From positions 25-64,024 of the forward strand of contig CAZFVN010000007.1 in assembly GCA_964522395.1 (NCBI GenBank): a stretch of DNA of 64,000 nucleotides. Reading direction: 5' to 3'. Position 1 is the first letter of the stretch; every line of letters starts with the position of its first letter. The notes under the pieces are model-generated. The model searched no databases, had not been told where the DNA came from, and worked only from the letters and a program-made list of their open reading frames with translations. A program made the position numbers and the translations under genes. This DNA comes from an uncultured Myxococcales bacterium (GTDB lineage: Bacteria > Myxococcota_A > UBA9042 > CAIXZC01). Positions 18,868-27,856 of this stretch are shown here, piece by piece.

Positions 18868-19028
18868 GAGTCCTCCTCGTGCCAGCAGGCACGAAGATGG
18901 TATCACGTCCGCTCGCAACGGCAAAGGCAACGACACGAGTGGTGCGGGGAGGCCCTTCCAGTCCGCTCCGCTCCCATCAGGGTGACACGGGAGGCACCAT
19001 CGCAATTGCTCTTGAGACCACCCGGCCG

Positions 19029-19057
19029 TTGACATTCCTGCGGCTACCTGTTAGAAA
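19029..19057 (+). promoter_or_regulatory. Possible sigma70 promoter of the NtrC-family regulator operon
   Basis: TTGACA(19029-34)-17 bp-TAGAAA. Confidence 0.45.
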
Positions 19058-19083
19058 TCTGACAGTCTCTGGGAGGGAGTGCT

Positions 19084-20481
19084 GTGGCGCTTGATTATAG
19101 CAGATACCCGATATTGGTTGTCGACGACGAGGAGGATAACCTCGTTGCCTTTGAGATGACCTTTGGTGATACCTTCAAGCTGCTGACGGCCTCGTCAGGT
19201 GAGTTGGCCTTGGAGATACTCCGCAAGCAGACTGTTTCGGTGATGGTGGTTGATCAGCGTATGCCTGGCATGACCGGCACAGAGTTGCTGGCCGGGGCAG
19301 CGGCCATCGCCCCCGACGCAGTTGGGATTCTGCTCACTGCCTATCGCGATATTGACGTCATCATATCGGCTCTCCACTCCGGTCGCGTATATCGCTACTT
19401 GCAGAAGCCCTGGGATGCTCGAGAGGTTGAAGTGGTGCTCAGGCAGGCCATCGAACGACATGCCATGGCGGCGGAGAACCGTCGTCTCAATCGTCGGCTT
19501 CAGGAGTTGTCCAACTATCTTGGGCGTGAGGTCGATTCCCGGTACAACTACGGTGAAATGGTAGGGGATTCGACTCCCTTGCAAGAGGTACATGCGGTGA
19601 TCCGCAAGGTCGCTCCAACGAAGGCCACCGTACTCATTTCTGGGGAGAGTGGAACGGGCAAGGAATTGGCCGCCAGAGCCATTCACCATCAGAGCTCCCG
19701 CAAGGGTGGCCCCTTTGTTCGAGTCAATCTGGCGGCGCTGCCGGCCACACTCATAGAGAGTGAGCTTTTTGGCCACGAGAAGGGTGCTTTCACCGGTGCG
19801 GTTGCACAGAAGCTAGGTCGTTTTGAGCTGGCTCACGGAGGCACGCTCTTCCTCGACGAGATTGGAGATCTCCCGCTGGAGACGCAGATAAAGCTGCTGC
19901 GTGTCATTCAGGAGAAGGAGTTTGAGCGAGTCGGCGGCACGGAAACGGTGCAAGTGGACGTTCGCCTTATCGCGGCGACCAATAAGAACCTTGAAGAGTT
20001 GGTACAAGGGGGGGCTTTTCGTGAGGATCTGTACTACCGCGTCCGGGTCTTCCCCATTGAAATCCCACCCCTCAGGGACCGAGTGGATGACATCCCCAAG
20101 CTGGCCCACCATTTTCTCCACCAGCTCTCGGGCGGTGATGGCAGTACGGTGGAACTTGGCCCCGATTCTCTGGCTCGCTTGACCGCCTACCACTGGCCTG
20201 GCAACGTTCGGGAACTGGAAAACGCCATGGAGCGGGCGCTGATTCTGGCAGAGGACGAAGTCGTCCGGGCGGAAGATCTGGCTTTTCTGGAGGTCGACCG
20301 GAGCCAACCGAAGCTGCCCCTCAATGCCAGCCTCGATGTGGTGCTCGGTACTATGGAGAAGCACCAGCTTCAGGAGGCGTTGGCCCGTCACGACGGCTCG
20401 GTCAGTGCAATGGCACGGGAACTCGGCCTCAATCGGACTACTCTCTACTATCGACTCAAGAAATACGGACTGATGACATGA
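19084..20481 (+). CDS. Sigma54-dependent response regulator (NtrC/AtoC family: REC-AAA+-HTH)
   Basis: VVDDEED..VVDQRMPGM receiver; GESGTGKE Walker A; GAFTGA; LFLDEIGD; WPGNVRELEN; Fis-type HTH. No cognate kinase in the window. Confidence 0.93.
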   Translation: MALDYSRYPILVVDDEEDNLVAFEMTFGDTFKLLTASSGELALEILRKQTVSVMVVDQRMPGMTGTELLAGAAAIAPDAVGILLTAYRDIDVIISALHSGRVYRYLQKPWDAREVEVVLRQAIERHAMAAENRRLNRRLQELSNYLGREVDSRYNYGEMVGDSTPLQEVHAVIRKVAPTKATVLISGESGTGKELAARAIHHQSSRKGGPFVRVNLAALPATLIESELFGHEKGAFTGAVAQKLGRFELAHGGTLFLDEIGDLPLETQIKLLRVIQEKEFERVGGTETVQVDVRLIAATNKNLEELVQGGAFREDLYYRVRVFPIEIPPLRDRVDDIPKLAHHFLHQLSGGDGSTVELGPDSLARLTAYHWPGNVRELENAMERALILAEDEVVRAEDLAFLEVDRSQPKLPLNASLDVVLGTMEKHQLQEALARHDGSVSAMARELGLNRTTLYYRLKKYGLMT

Positions 20482-20843
20482 AGGTTGAACTGCGTAAGAG
20501 TTTCCGTTTTGAAGCGGCCCACCATCTTCCCTTTGCACCTGAGGGGCATCGCTGTCGTCAGGTTCACGGTCATGGCTACGTCGTCGAGGTGGTAGTGGAG
20601 GGGGAAATCGACCCTGTGCACCGCTGGCTCGTGGACTATGGAGAGATTCTGCGACTTTGTGAACCAATAAAGGCACAACTTGACCACAAGCTGGTCAATG
20701 AGATTCCGGGGCTCGAATCTGGCACCGCCGAGGACCTCTCGATCTTCGTTTGGAACGGTCTCAAGCCACGGCTTCCTCAACTGACGGCGGTAATTGTACG
20801 AGAGACGGACACGTCGTCATGCACCTATCGAGGGGAGGCGTAA
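20478..20843 (+). CDS. queD: 6-carboxy-5,6,7,8-tetrahydropterin synthase
   Basis: FEAAHHLP, CRQVHGHGY, LDHKLVNEIPGL, TAE, V.VRETDTS; ATGA overlap with the regulator stop. Confidence 0.88.
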   Translation: MKVELRKSFRFEAAHHLPFAPEGHRCRQVHGHGYVVEVVVEGEIDPVHRWLVDYGEILRLCEPIKAQLDHKLVNEIPGLESGTAEDLSIFVWNGLKPRLPQLTAVIVRETDTSSCTYRGEA

Positions 20844-20885
20844 CGTCTTGTTGCGCCACCCAGTATCGAGTCTGGCGGCAGGAGA

Positions 20886-22880
20886 GTGATGGATTCATCG
20901 CCGCAAAAGAGACTTTTTGGCGATGGAATTCTGGCTCGTGAGGCTGGTTTTGATGACGCCGAAGTGACCGTGCCCGACAACCTGCCTTCGCTCGCCGTGG
21001 GGAGCGTTTGGGATGGGCCCGTGGGGGCGCTGCTCTTCGCTGTTGCGGGCCTCTTCTACTTGATTCACACGGGTCCAAATTCCTTTTGGCTCGATTCCGC
21101 TGAGTTTGTTACTACCGGACACGGAGTAGGAGTAGCTCACCCCCCCGGTACTCCGCTTTACGTGCTGTTCTCGGCTCTCTTCGCCCGCTTTCCCCTTGGT
21201 GCGGCCACTTTTCGACTTCACCTGATGAATGTTCTCATCGGTGCCGGAGCGGTTGTAGTTGTCTATCGTGTCGGGCTGTTGGTGGTGCGGCGTGCGGGGT
21301 TGTCAGGAGTACCCTCCCTGGTTGCGGCAACGAGTGTGGCAGCAGCAACTGCGCTCAACGCCGGGCTCTGGTTCCATGCAGTGCGGGCCGAAGTCTACGC
21401 CCTGAATATTCTCCTCTGCCTGGCCATCGTCTGGTGTACCTTGTTGTGGGAGGAGCGCCCGCAAGGCTCCCGTTATCTTCTGCTCATCGCCCTGCTGGGG
21501 GGCTTGGGGCTGGCCAATCACCACCTGCTTACGGGCCTGACCGGCCTGGTCTGCCTGGGCTACGCCGCGACCCACAAAGAGATGCGAAAGTGCTTGTTTT
21601 TCAGGTACCTGCCCGTTGCGGTGGCGCTCTTTGCCGGGGGACTGTTGACCTACCTGTATCTGCCTATTCGATCCGCCGATGGTTGGCGGATGTGGGGCGA
21701 TGCCGGTAGCCTTTCCGGCTTCCTGGAGATGGTCTCGGCACGCGCCTTCCACATTAGCGTAACCGATTCTCCCAAGGCTCCACTGATGGTGGCCCTCATA
21801 ACAATTTTCGACAGTTGGCTGGGGCTCATGGGCCTACCCCTCGTGGTGGCCTCTGTCGCCGGTCTCTGTGCCCTCCTGGCCATGCGCCGTCGGGAGGCCT
21901 TGCTCCTGCTCGGGCTTGCCCTGGCTGGTGCGCTCTCCAAGGCCATCATGTATCTGGACGTAGAGAACCCCGACGACCACGCCTATTTCCTCATCGGCAT
22001 GGTGGCCCTCTCTCTGGCTGCGGTCGGTCTGGCGGCCGCCCCACGTTGGCTGCGGCTGCGCGGGAGAGTGGCTCCCTGGCTCGGGGCAACCGTGGTGGCC
22101 GGAGTGGCGCTAGTGAACGTCTTCTTGCTCTATCAGGCCAACAATCAACGGTGCGACCTCTCCCGTTTTCACGGGCCAGACTCGCTCAATCGTCACTTCC
22201 ACGAGCGAGTGCCCCCCGATGCGCTCTTCATGCCCAGCTACTACGCGACCTTCTTCAACCACCTTCTCTTCCGCTCGGTGGAGCAGCGGCGACCTGACCT
22301 TCTGATGGTACACCAATCCCTCTACTCAAGATTCGGCAAAGGAGTCGCCTACGCCGCAGACATCAGTAAGAAGCACCCTGACGCAGCCCCGCTTTTCGCC
22401 GAATTTCTCGAAGCGGGAGGATTCCCCCTCGAAGCTCTAGTCGAGTTGGCTCGATCGCGGGAGGTTCTCCTGGAAAACGATACCGTCGCCGTGACGCTGG
22501 ACGTCCCCTATTTGCAGCAGTTCACTCTGGGCGACGGCGGACTGCCGCTTGCGGCCGATGACCTGGCCTTCGACGGCCCCGGTGTGCTCTATAATGTCCC
22601 CCCACGAGTAGGCTGGAACGAAGGAGCACTCCAACAGGAGTTCTGGACCGGTTTCTACGAGGACCTGGGCACCGTTGGTGGAATCCACGCTGAGTTGTCA
22701 AAGCTCCTTGTCTGGTATCACTATCGCAACGCACTCTTCTTCGTTAACCGGCAGTCGCCCCGTCGCGCACTCCTCGAGGTGAAGCTTGCCCGACAGTTGA
22801 AACCTGACTTTGAGCGCCTGATTGAATTTGAAAACGCTCTAGTTTCGCCGCCAAGTGTAGAAAATATCATCACTCACTGA
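20886..22880 (+). CDS. DUF2723 / TMEM260-like multi-pass membrane protein (GT-C glycosyltransferase-like)
   Basis: FWLDSAEF, GVAHPPGTPLY, AEVYALN, GLGLANHHL, YLYLPIRS motifs; many TM helices; exact start uncertain. Confidence 0.75.
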   Translation: MMDSSPQKRLFGDGILAREAGFDDAEVTVPDNLPSLAVGSVWDGPVGALLFAVAGLFYLIHTGPNSFWLDSAEFVTTGHGVGVAHPPGTPLYVLFSALFARFPLGAATFRLHLMNVLIGAGAVVVVYRVGLLVVRRAGLSGVPSLVAATSVAAATALNAGLWFHAVRAEVYALNILLCLAIVWCTLLWEERPQGSRYLLLIALLGGLGLANHHLLTGLTGLVCLGYAATHKEMRKCLFFRYLPVAVALFAGGLLTYLYLPIRSADGWRMWGDAGSLSGFLEMVSARAFHISVTDSPKAPLMVALITIFDSWLGLMGLPLVVASVAGLCALLAMRRREALLLLGLALAGALSKAIMYLDVENPDDHAYFLIGMVALSLAAVGLAAAPRWLRLRGRVAPWLGATVVAGVALVNVFLLYQANNQRCDLSRFHGPDSLNRHFHERVPPDALFMPSYYATFFNHLLFRSVEQRRPDLLMVHQSLYSRFGKGVAYAADISKKHPDAAPLFAEFLEAGGFPLEALVELARSREVLLENDTVAVTLDVPYLQQFTLGDGGLPLAADDLAFDGPGVLYNVPPRVGWNEGALQQEFWTGFYEDLGTVGGIHAELSKLLVWYHYRNALFFVNRQSPRRALLEVKLARQLKPDFERLIEFENALVSPPSVENIITH

Positions 22881-22956
22881 TCTGCGTGTCTTGATTGTGG
22901 CTTGAAATTGTCCCCTGATTGGCCCATTGAGGGTCGCAAGTGCGCATCCATGGCCG

Positions 22957-22973
22957 TTGGCACGGGCTTTGCT
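22957..22973 (+). promoter_or_regulatory. sigma54 (-24/-12) promoter
   Basis: TTGGCACGGGCTTTGCT matches YTGGCACGRNNNTTGCW; GG 22959-60 and GC 22971-72 are exactly 10 bp apart. Confidence 0.8.
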
Positions 22974-22983
22974 TTAGAGAGAA

Positions 22984-23117
22984 GACAGGTTTGACAATTG
23001 AACACGTTTCGGAGGTGCCCCTCCTTCCAGCCTTCGAAACGCTTCCTCCTTCCAAGGTGAGATTGCGACCTAGCTACCGAGGGCCGAGAGCGGCAACGTT
23101 CTCGGCCCTCACCTTTT
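22984..23117 (+). ncRNA. Candidate sigma54-dependent small RNA with duplicated C-rich motifs
   Basis: Lies between the sigma54 promoter and a terminator; 11-bp stem 23005-23015/23031-23041 with C/U loop; CCTCCTTCCA at 23020-29 and 23045-54; no ATG-started ORF. Confidence 0.6.
23079..23117 (+). terminator. Rho-independent terminator
   Basis: 14-bp stem GAGGGCCGAGAGCG/CGTTCTCGGCCCTC with GCAA tetraloop, followed by ACCTTTT. Confidence 0.75.
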
Positions 23118-23125
23118 AAAGGCAA

Positions 23126-23893
23126 TCAGATTTCGCCTTCCACTGAACCGGTCACAAACTGGCGCACCACAGAATCATTGCTGTCGAAGAAGTCGTCCGC
23201 TGAACCGTGAAAACGGACCCGGCCATCAAAGAGGAAGAGCACGTCGTCCGCCAGGCGCCGGATAGAGCGCAGGTCATGCGAGATTATCAGTAGGGTTACA
23301 CCGGTCTCCAGGAGAACCTCAACTTGCTGGTCCAACTTGTAGGCGGCATTTGGGTCAAGCCCGGTGGTCGGTTCGTCGAGAATCAGCACGTCTGGCTCCA
23401 GAGCCAGGGCGCGGGCCAGCGAGACCAGCTTCTGATCCCCGGATGGGAGGCGTGTGGGCTTGCTTCGAGTGACACGACCCAGGCCCATCTTCACGAGCTG
23501 GTCGTTAGCCTTGACCTCGGCCGCCTCCGGCGTGAGGCCGAGGTGGTACTTCATCACCACCGCAACGTTTTCGGAAACCGTCATGGAATCGAAAAGGGTG
23601 GGGTGCTGGAAAACATAGACACATCTCTTGCGCAGTTCGAGCAACTCCTCTTCCGACAGGAGATCAACCCGATTCTTGCCGAGGTAAACCTCGCCGCGAT
23701 CGGGCTGTAGCAACCCCACCAGGTGCCTTACCAGGACACTCTTCCCGGTGCCCGACGGGCCAGCGACGAATGAGCATCTGCCCGCTGGAAATGTGGCGTC
23801 GACTCCGCGCAATACGTGGTTATCTCCGAAAGATTTCTCCAGCCCAACGATTCGGGCAGCGGGTATCGTTGACCCGGTTCTCTTGCCACTCAT
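23126..23893 (-). CDS. MlaF-like ABC ATPase (degenerate signature motif)
   Basis: Walker A GPSGTGKS, FQ Q-loop, signature LPSGD, Walker B LILDE, SHD switch. Confidence 0.85.
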   Translation of the reverse strand: MSGKRTGSTIPAARIVGLEKSFGDNHVLRGVDATFPAGRCSFVAGPSGTGKSVLVRHLVGLLQPDRGEVYLGKNRVDLLSEEELLELRKRCVYVFQHPTLFDSMTVSENVAVVMKYHLGLTPEAAEVKANDQLVKMGLGRVTRSKPTRLPSGDQKLVSLARALALEPDVLILDEPTTGLDPNAAYKLDQQVEVLLETGVTLLIISHDLRSIRRLADDVLFLFDGRVRFHGSADDFFDSNDSVVRQFVTGSVEGEI

Positions 23894-24621
23894 AAGAGCA
23901 CCTCGCCGACATAGGAGAGGATGGCATCAAGGAGGATTACTGCGAACGATGAGATGACTACGGCTTTTGTCGTCGCCTGGCCAACTCCCTCGGAGCCCTC
24001 GTCGGCTTCGAAACCACAGGCGCAACTGACCAGCGGCACCGTGAAACCGAAAGTGACGCTCTTGGCGATCCCAATCAGCAAGTCCCCTTCGCGTACGAAT
24101 CTCAGGGAGAGGTAGGTGTCGGGCAGAATGGAGAAACCGAACCACGCCACCAACATGCCCACAAAATAGGCGATTGCGGTGCCGAGTGCGGCCAGGGCGA
24201 CCCCGGCCAGGGTTGCGGCAATCAGCCGCGGCAGCACGAGCAACTCGATAGGGTCGACGGCGTTGAGTTTCATCGCCTCGAGCTGGTCGGTTACCTTCAT
24301 TGAGCCAAGCTCGGCGGCCATTCCTGTGCCCACTCGAGTGGCCAGCAGCAGGCCCGCCATTACCGGCCCCAGTTCACGAGTGAGGCCCTGCAAGACGGCC
24401 CCGCCCAGGGTGGAGTATTCCGGTAGTACCCGCGCCATGGTCGAGGCCAATTGGTAGACACCGATCATGCCGATGAAGGCCATTGTAACGGAGACGAAGA
24501 GAACCGAGCGGTTGCCCGCCTCATAGAACTGACGGAGGATTTCACGGGGCTTGACGCGCAAGCGGACCAACGACCAGAGCGAAAGGGAAAAAAGTTCGAA
24601 CATGCGGTAATAGAGCGTCAC
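23890..24621 (-). CDS. MlaE-family ABC permease
   Basis: RELGPVMAGLLLATRVGTGMAAELGSMKVTDQLEA..LVLPR; GVGQATTKAVV. Confidence 0.88.
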   Translation of the reverse strand: MTLYYRMFELFSLSLWSLVRLRVKPREILRQFYEAGNRSVLFVSVTMAFIGMIGVYQLASTMARVLPEYSTLGGAVLQGLTRELGPVMAGLLLATRVGTGMAAELGSMKVTDQLEAMKLNAVDPIELLVLPRLIAATLAGVALAALGTAIAYFVGMLVAWFGFSILPDTYLSLRFVREGDLLIGIAKSVTFGFTVPLVSCACGFEADEGSEGVGQATTKAVVISSFAVILLDAILSYVGEVLL

Positions 24622-24625
24622 TCGA

Positions 24626-25408
24626 CTATCCGTACACGATGTTGATCCAGGCCCAGGTGATAATATAATCAGAGACGAAGATGCCTAGCGCGGTGGCCAC
24701 GACGCAACCATTGACGGCGTTGCCAACTCCCCGTGCGCCGCCCCGAACCGCCAGCCCGTAAGTAGTACTGCAAATAGAGATGACGATGCCGAAGAAGAAT
24801 GCCTTCACGAGGCCCGCGATGAACGCATCAAGAAGCTCAGCCTCCAGCAGACCCGCGACGAATGTCCGCCAATCAATTCCCAGGAGCCAATGGGCCGTGG
24901 AGGCCCCGCCGATGATGCCGAATAGATCGCCGACTAGCGTCAATGCCACCAGGGAAATGCAGATGGCGACGAAGCGGGGGGCCACCAAGAACTTCACCGG
25001 GTCGATAGCCAGTGCGCGTAGCGCATCGATTTGTTCCGAAACCACCATATTACCGAGCTCTGCTGCGGCGTTGGCGCCGACACGACCAGAGAACATCAGT
25101 CCGATGAGAGTTGGACCCAACTCCGCCAGTACCGCCAGGCCGGAGCCAGAGCCGACAAAGGAAGTGGCTCCAGTGGCCCGCACGTAGCTCATTGTCTGGA
25201 GTACCATGATAACCCCTACGAGAAAGGCGGTAAGGGTGACGATGGGCAGGGAAAGAAAGCCGATGCGATAGAGCTGGCGCCAAACCTCAGCGCCGTCGAG
25301 ACGGGGTGGAATCAGTGCTCTAACGACGCGATAGAAGGTGATATTGAGGGCCCCCAGGATCTCCAGAGTAGCCAGAACTTCCCGGCCGATGGCAGCGAAC
25401 AGTCTCAC
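24626..25408 (-). CDS. MlaE-family ABC permease
   Basis: ELGPTLIGLMFSGRVGANAAAELGNMVVSEQIDALRALAIDP..LVAPR; GVGNAVNGCVV. Confidence 0.88.
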   Translation of the reverse strand: MRLFAAIGREVLATLEILGALNITFYRVVRALIPPRLDGAEVWRQLYRIGFLSLPIVTLTAFLVGVIMVLQTMSYVRATGATSFVGSGSGLAVLAELGPTLIGLMFSGRVGANAAAELGNMVVSEQIDALRALAIDPVKFLVAPRFVAICISLVALTLVGDLFGIIGGASTAHWLLGIDWRTFVAGLLEAELLDAFIAGLVKAFFFGIVISICSTTYGLAVRGGARGVGNAVNGCVVATALGIFVSDYIITWAWINIVYG

Positions 25409-26181
25409 GACCCTTGAACCTCCCGCTGCGGCTCAGTCGCGGCGAAGACAAAATCCCGGATGACCGGGCGCGCACAGTCATATACCTCTTCCTGGAGTCC
25501 GTCATAGAGAACCTGGCCGTCAAATAGACCGACGAGGCGAGTCACGACTGGAAAGAGACGCTGCAGGTCGTGGGTGGCGATTACCACCAATGAATGCGCC
25601 TCCTCTGCATAGGCAGAGAGCATTCGCATGATCTTCGCTGAGTTTACCGGGTCAAGTCCGGCAACCGGGTCATCAAAGAACGCGATGTCGGGGCGAGCAG
25701 CCATTACTCGGGCGATGGCCACTCGGCGCCTCATACCGCCCGAAAGCGCCTCGGGCGACGTCCCCTGGGTGCCGTCCATACCCACTTTGGCGAGAACCTC
25801 CGCTACCCTCTGGTCCACCTCGTGTGCCGGCATCGTGGAGCCCTGGTCGAGGGAGAATCCCACGTTCTCCCGGACGTTCAGAAAGTCGAAGAGAGCGAAG
25901 TTTTGAAACTGCAAACTGATGCGGGCACGGGCTGCCGCCAGGACTCTGCGGTTGAGACGTGAGATACGTTCACCGAATAGTTCAATCGAGCCTCGTTGCG
26001 GAAAGCGTAGAGTGGCCATGGATTTGAGGAGCTGCGTTTTGCCACTTCCACCGGGGCCAAAGAGCCCTACTACTTCGCCGGGGTCAAAGGAGAGCGTGAC
26101 ATCGTCCAGCACGATGCGCCGACCATAGCGAAGAGTTACGCCGTCGAGACGGACCAGATGGGAGTCCGGAATCGTGTCCAA
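25405..26181 (-). CDS. MlaF-like ABC ATPase (Walker B catalytic Glu replaced by Asp)
   Basis: Walker A GPGGSGKT, FQ Q-loop, signature LSGGM, Walker B AFFDD, THD switch. Confidence 0.85.
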   Translation of the reverse strand: MDTIPDSHLVRLDGVTLRYGRRIVLDDVTLSFDPGEVVGLFGPGGSGKTQLLKSMATLRFPQRGSIELFGERISRLNRRVLAAARARISLQFQNFALFDFLNVRENVGFSLDQGSTMPAHEVDQRVAEVLAKVGMDGTQGTSPEALSGGMRRRVAIARVMAARPDIAFFDDPVAGLDPVNSAKIMRMLSAYAEEAHSLVVIATHDLQRLFPVVTRLVGLFDGQVLYDGLQEEVYDCARPVIRDFVFAATEPQREVQGS

Positions 26182-26191
26182 GTTGCCTCCC

Positions 26192-27856
26192 TTAGATCTC
26201 GATGATCTCCTTGAAGCGGCCGAAGACTTTGGTCAGGGCCCCAGAGATTTCACCGACTGTCGCTCCAGCGCGCACCGCGGCAACCATCGGCGGCATCAGA
26301 TTGTCGTCACTCCTGGCCGCGGCGACGACTGTGCTCAGCGCAGCCTCGAGTGCCGTGGCATCACGCGCCTCCTTGAAACGGTGAAGGCGTGTTCGCTGGT
26401 CCTCTTCAACCGCTCGGTCAACCTTCAGGATGTCACTCGGTGGTTCCTGCTTAGCAGCGAATTTGTTGACTCCTACAACGATTGCCTCGTTGTCTTCCAC
26501 CTGCCGCTGGAAGCGGTATGAGGTATCAGAGATCTCCTTCTTCACAAAGCCTGACTCAATAGCCCGCAGCATGCCGCCCATATTGTCGATGCGCTCGATC
26601 ATGGCAGTTGCCTGGGCATCGATGTGGTCCGTGAGTGCCTCCACCGCGTAGCTACCGCCGAGGGGGTCAACGAAGTCTGCCACTGAGCTTTCGTGGCCAA
26701 TAATCTGTTGCGTACGCAGGGCGATGGTAACCGCTTCCTGGGTAGGCAAGGAGAGGGCTTCGTCGTAGCTGTTGGTGTGTAACGACTGGGTGCCGCCCAG
26801 GACCGAGGCGAGGGCTTGGAGGGTAACTCTTACGATATTGTTCATGGGCTGCTGCGCGGTGAGGGTGCACCCCCCCGTCTGAGTGTGGAACCGCAGCAAC
26901 ATGCTACGGGGGCTCTTGGCCCCGAACCGCTCCTTCATGATGGTTGCCCAGAGCCGTCGCGCAGCACGAAACTTCGCCACTTCTTCGAGGAAATTATTGG
27001 AGACGCTGAAGAAGAAGGCCAATCGGCCGGCGAATTGGTCGACGTCGAGGCCTTTCTTAATCGCGGCATCGACGTAGGCAATGCCATCGGCCAGGGTGAA
27101 CGCAACCTCCTGGACAGCATCGGCTCCTGCTTCCCGGATGTGGTAGCCAGAAATGGAAATCGTGTTCCACTTCGGCACCTCTTTGGAGCAGAAATCGAAG
27201 ATGTCGGTGATGATGCGGAGGGAGGGCTCAGGCGGAAAAATGTAAGTGCCGCGGGCGATATACTCTTTAAGCACGTCGTTTTGGATGGTGCCGTTGAGCT
27301 GCTCTCTGCCAATTCCCCTCTCCTCCGCTACCGCCACGTAGAGTGCCAGCAAGACTGCGGCGGTCGAGTTGATGGTCATGGACGTCGAGACCTTGTCCAA
27401 GGGGATCTGGTCGAAGAGAATGCGCATGTCTTCGATGGAGTCGATGGCAACCCCAACCTTGCCCACTTCCCCCTGGGAGAGCGGATGGTCTGAGTCGTAT
27501 CCCATTTGTGTCGGCAGGTCGAAGGCAACGCTCAGCCCTGTCTGACCCTGGTCAAGCAGGTAGCGGTACCGCAGGTTGGATTCTGTCGCGGTTCCAAAGC
27601 CGGCGTATTGACGCATGGTCCACATACGTCCCCGGTGCATGTTGGGCTGAACGCCCCGGGTGTAGGGATGGCGACCAGGAAAACCGAGCTTGCCCTCGTA
27701 GTCAAAAGGCTCCTCAGGGTAGTAGAGAGGGTCAATCGTGCTGCCATCCGAGAGGCGAAAAGAGTCGCGACGAGGTGCGAATCTGGTTTCGGCCGGGTCC
27801 AGCACCTCTTCTTTCCATTGCTGGAAATCCTGTTGCAACTTCTCGTGGTCACTCAT
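26192..27856 (-). CDS. Methylmalonyl-CoA mutase, catalytic (large) subunit without B12-binding domain
   Basis: [17 protein letters not shown] (specificity Tyr), [55 protein letters not shown]; start moved to 27856 (ATGAGTGA overlap with upstream stop). Confidence 0.92.
   Translation of the reverse strand: MSDHEKLQQDFQQWKEEVLDPAETRFAPRRDSFRLSDGSTIDPLYYPEEPFDYEGKLGFPGRHPYTRGVQPNMHRGRMWTMRQYAGFGTATESNLRYRYLLDQGQTGLSVAFDLPTQMGYDSDHPLSQGEVGKVGVAIDSIEDMRILFDQIPLDKVSTSMTINSTAAVLLALYVAVAEERGIGREQLNGTIQNDVLKEYIARGTYIFPPEPSLRIITDIFDFCSKEVPKWNTISISGYHIREAGADAVQEVAFTLADGIAYVDAAIKKGLDVDQFAGRLAFFFSVSNNFLEEVAKFRAARRLWATIMKERFGAKSPRSMLLRFHTQTGGCTLTAQQPMNNIVRVTLQALASVLGGTQSLHTNSYDEALSLPTQEAVTIALRTQQIIGHESSVADFVDPLGGSYAVEALTDHIDAQATAMIERIDNMGGMLRAIESGFVKKEISDTSYRFQRQVEDNEAIVVGVNKFAAKQEPPSDILKVDRAVEEDQRTRLHRFKEARDATALEAALSTVVAAARSDDNLMPPMVAAVRAGATVGEISGALTKVFGRFKEIIEI

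Noticed and set aside
23016-23056. Minus-strand GGA-rich Csr/Rsm-type sponge RNA
   Set aside because: Promoter, terminator U tract and the G-U pair in the stem all favour the + strand
22991-23119. TTG-started 42-codon ORF inside the sRNA candidate
   Set aside because: No good RBS, it starts about 7 nt after the predicted TSS, and it runs through the terminator hairpin; kept only as a refutation test
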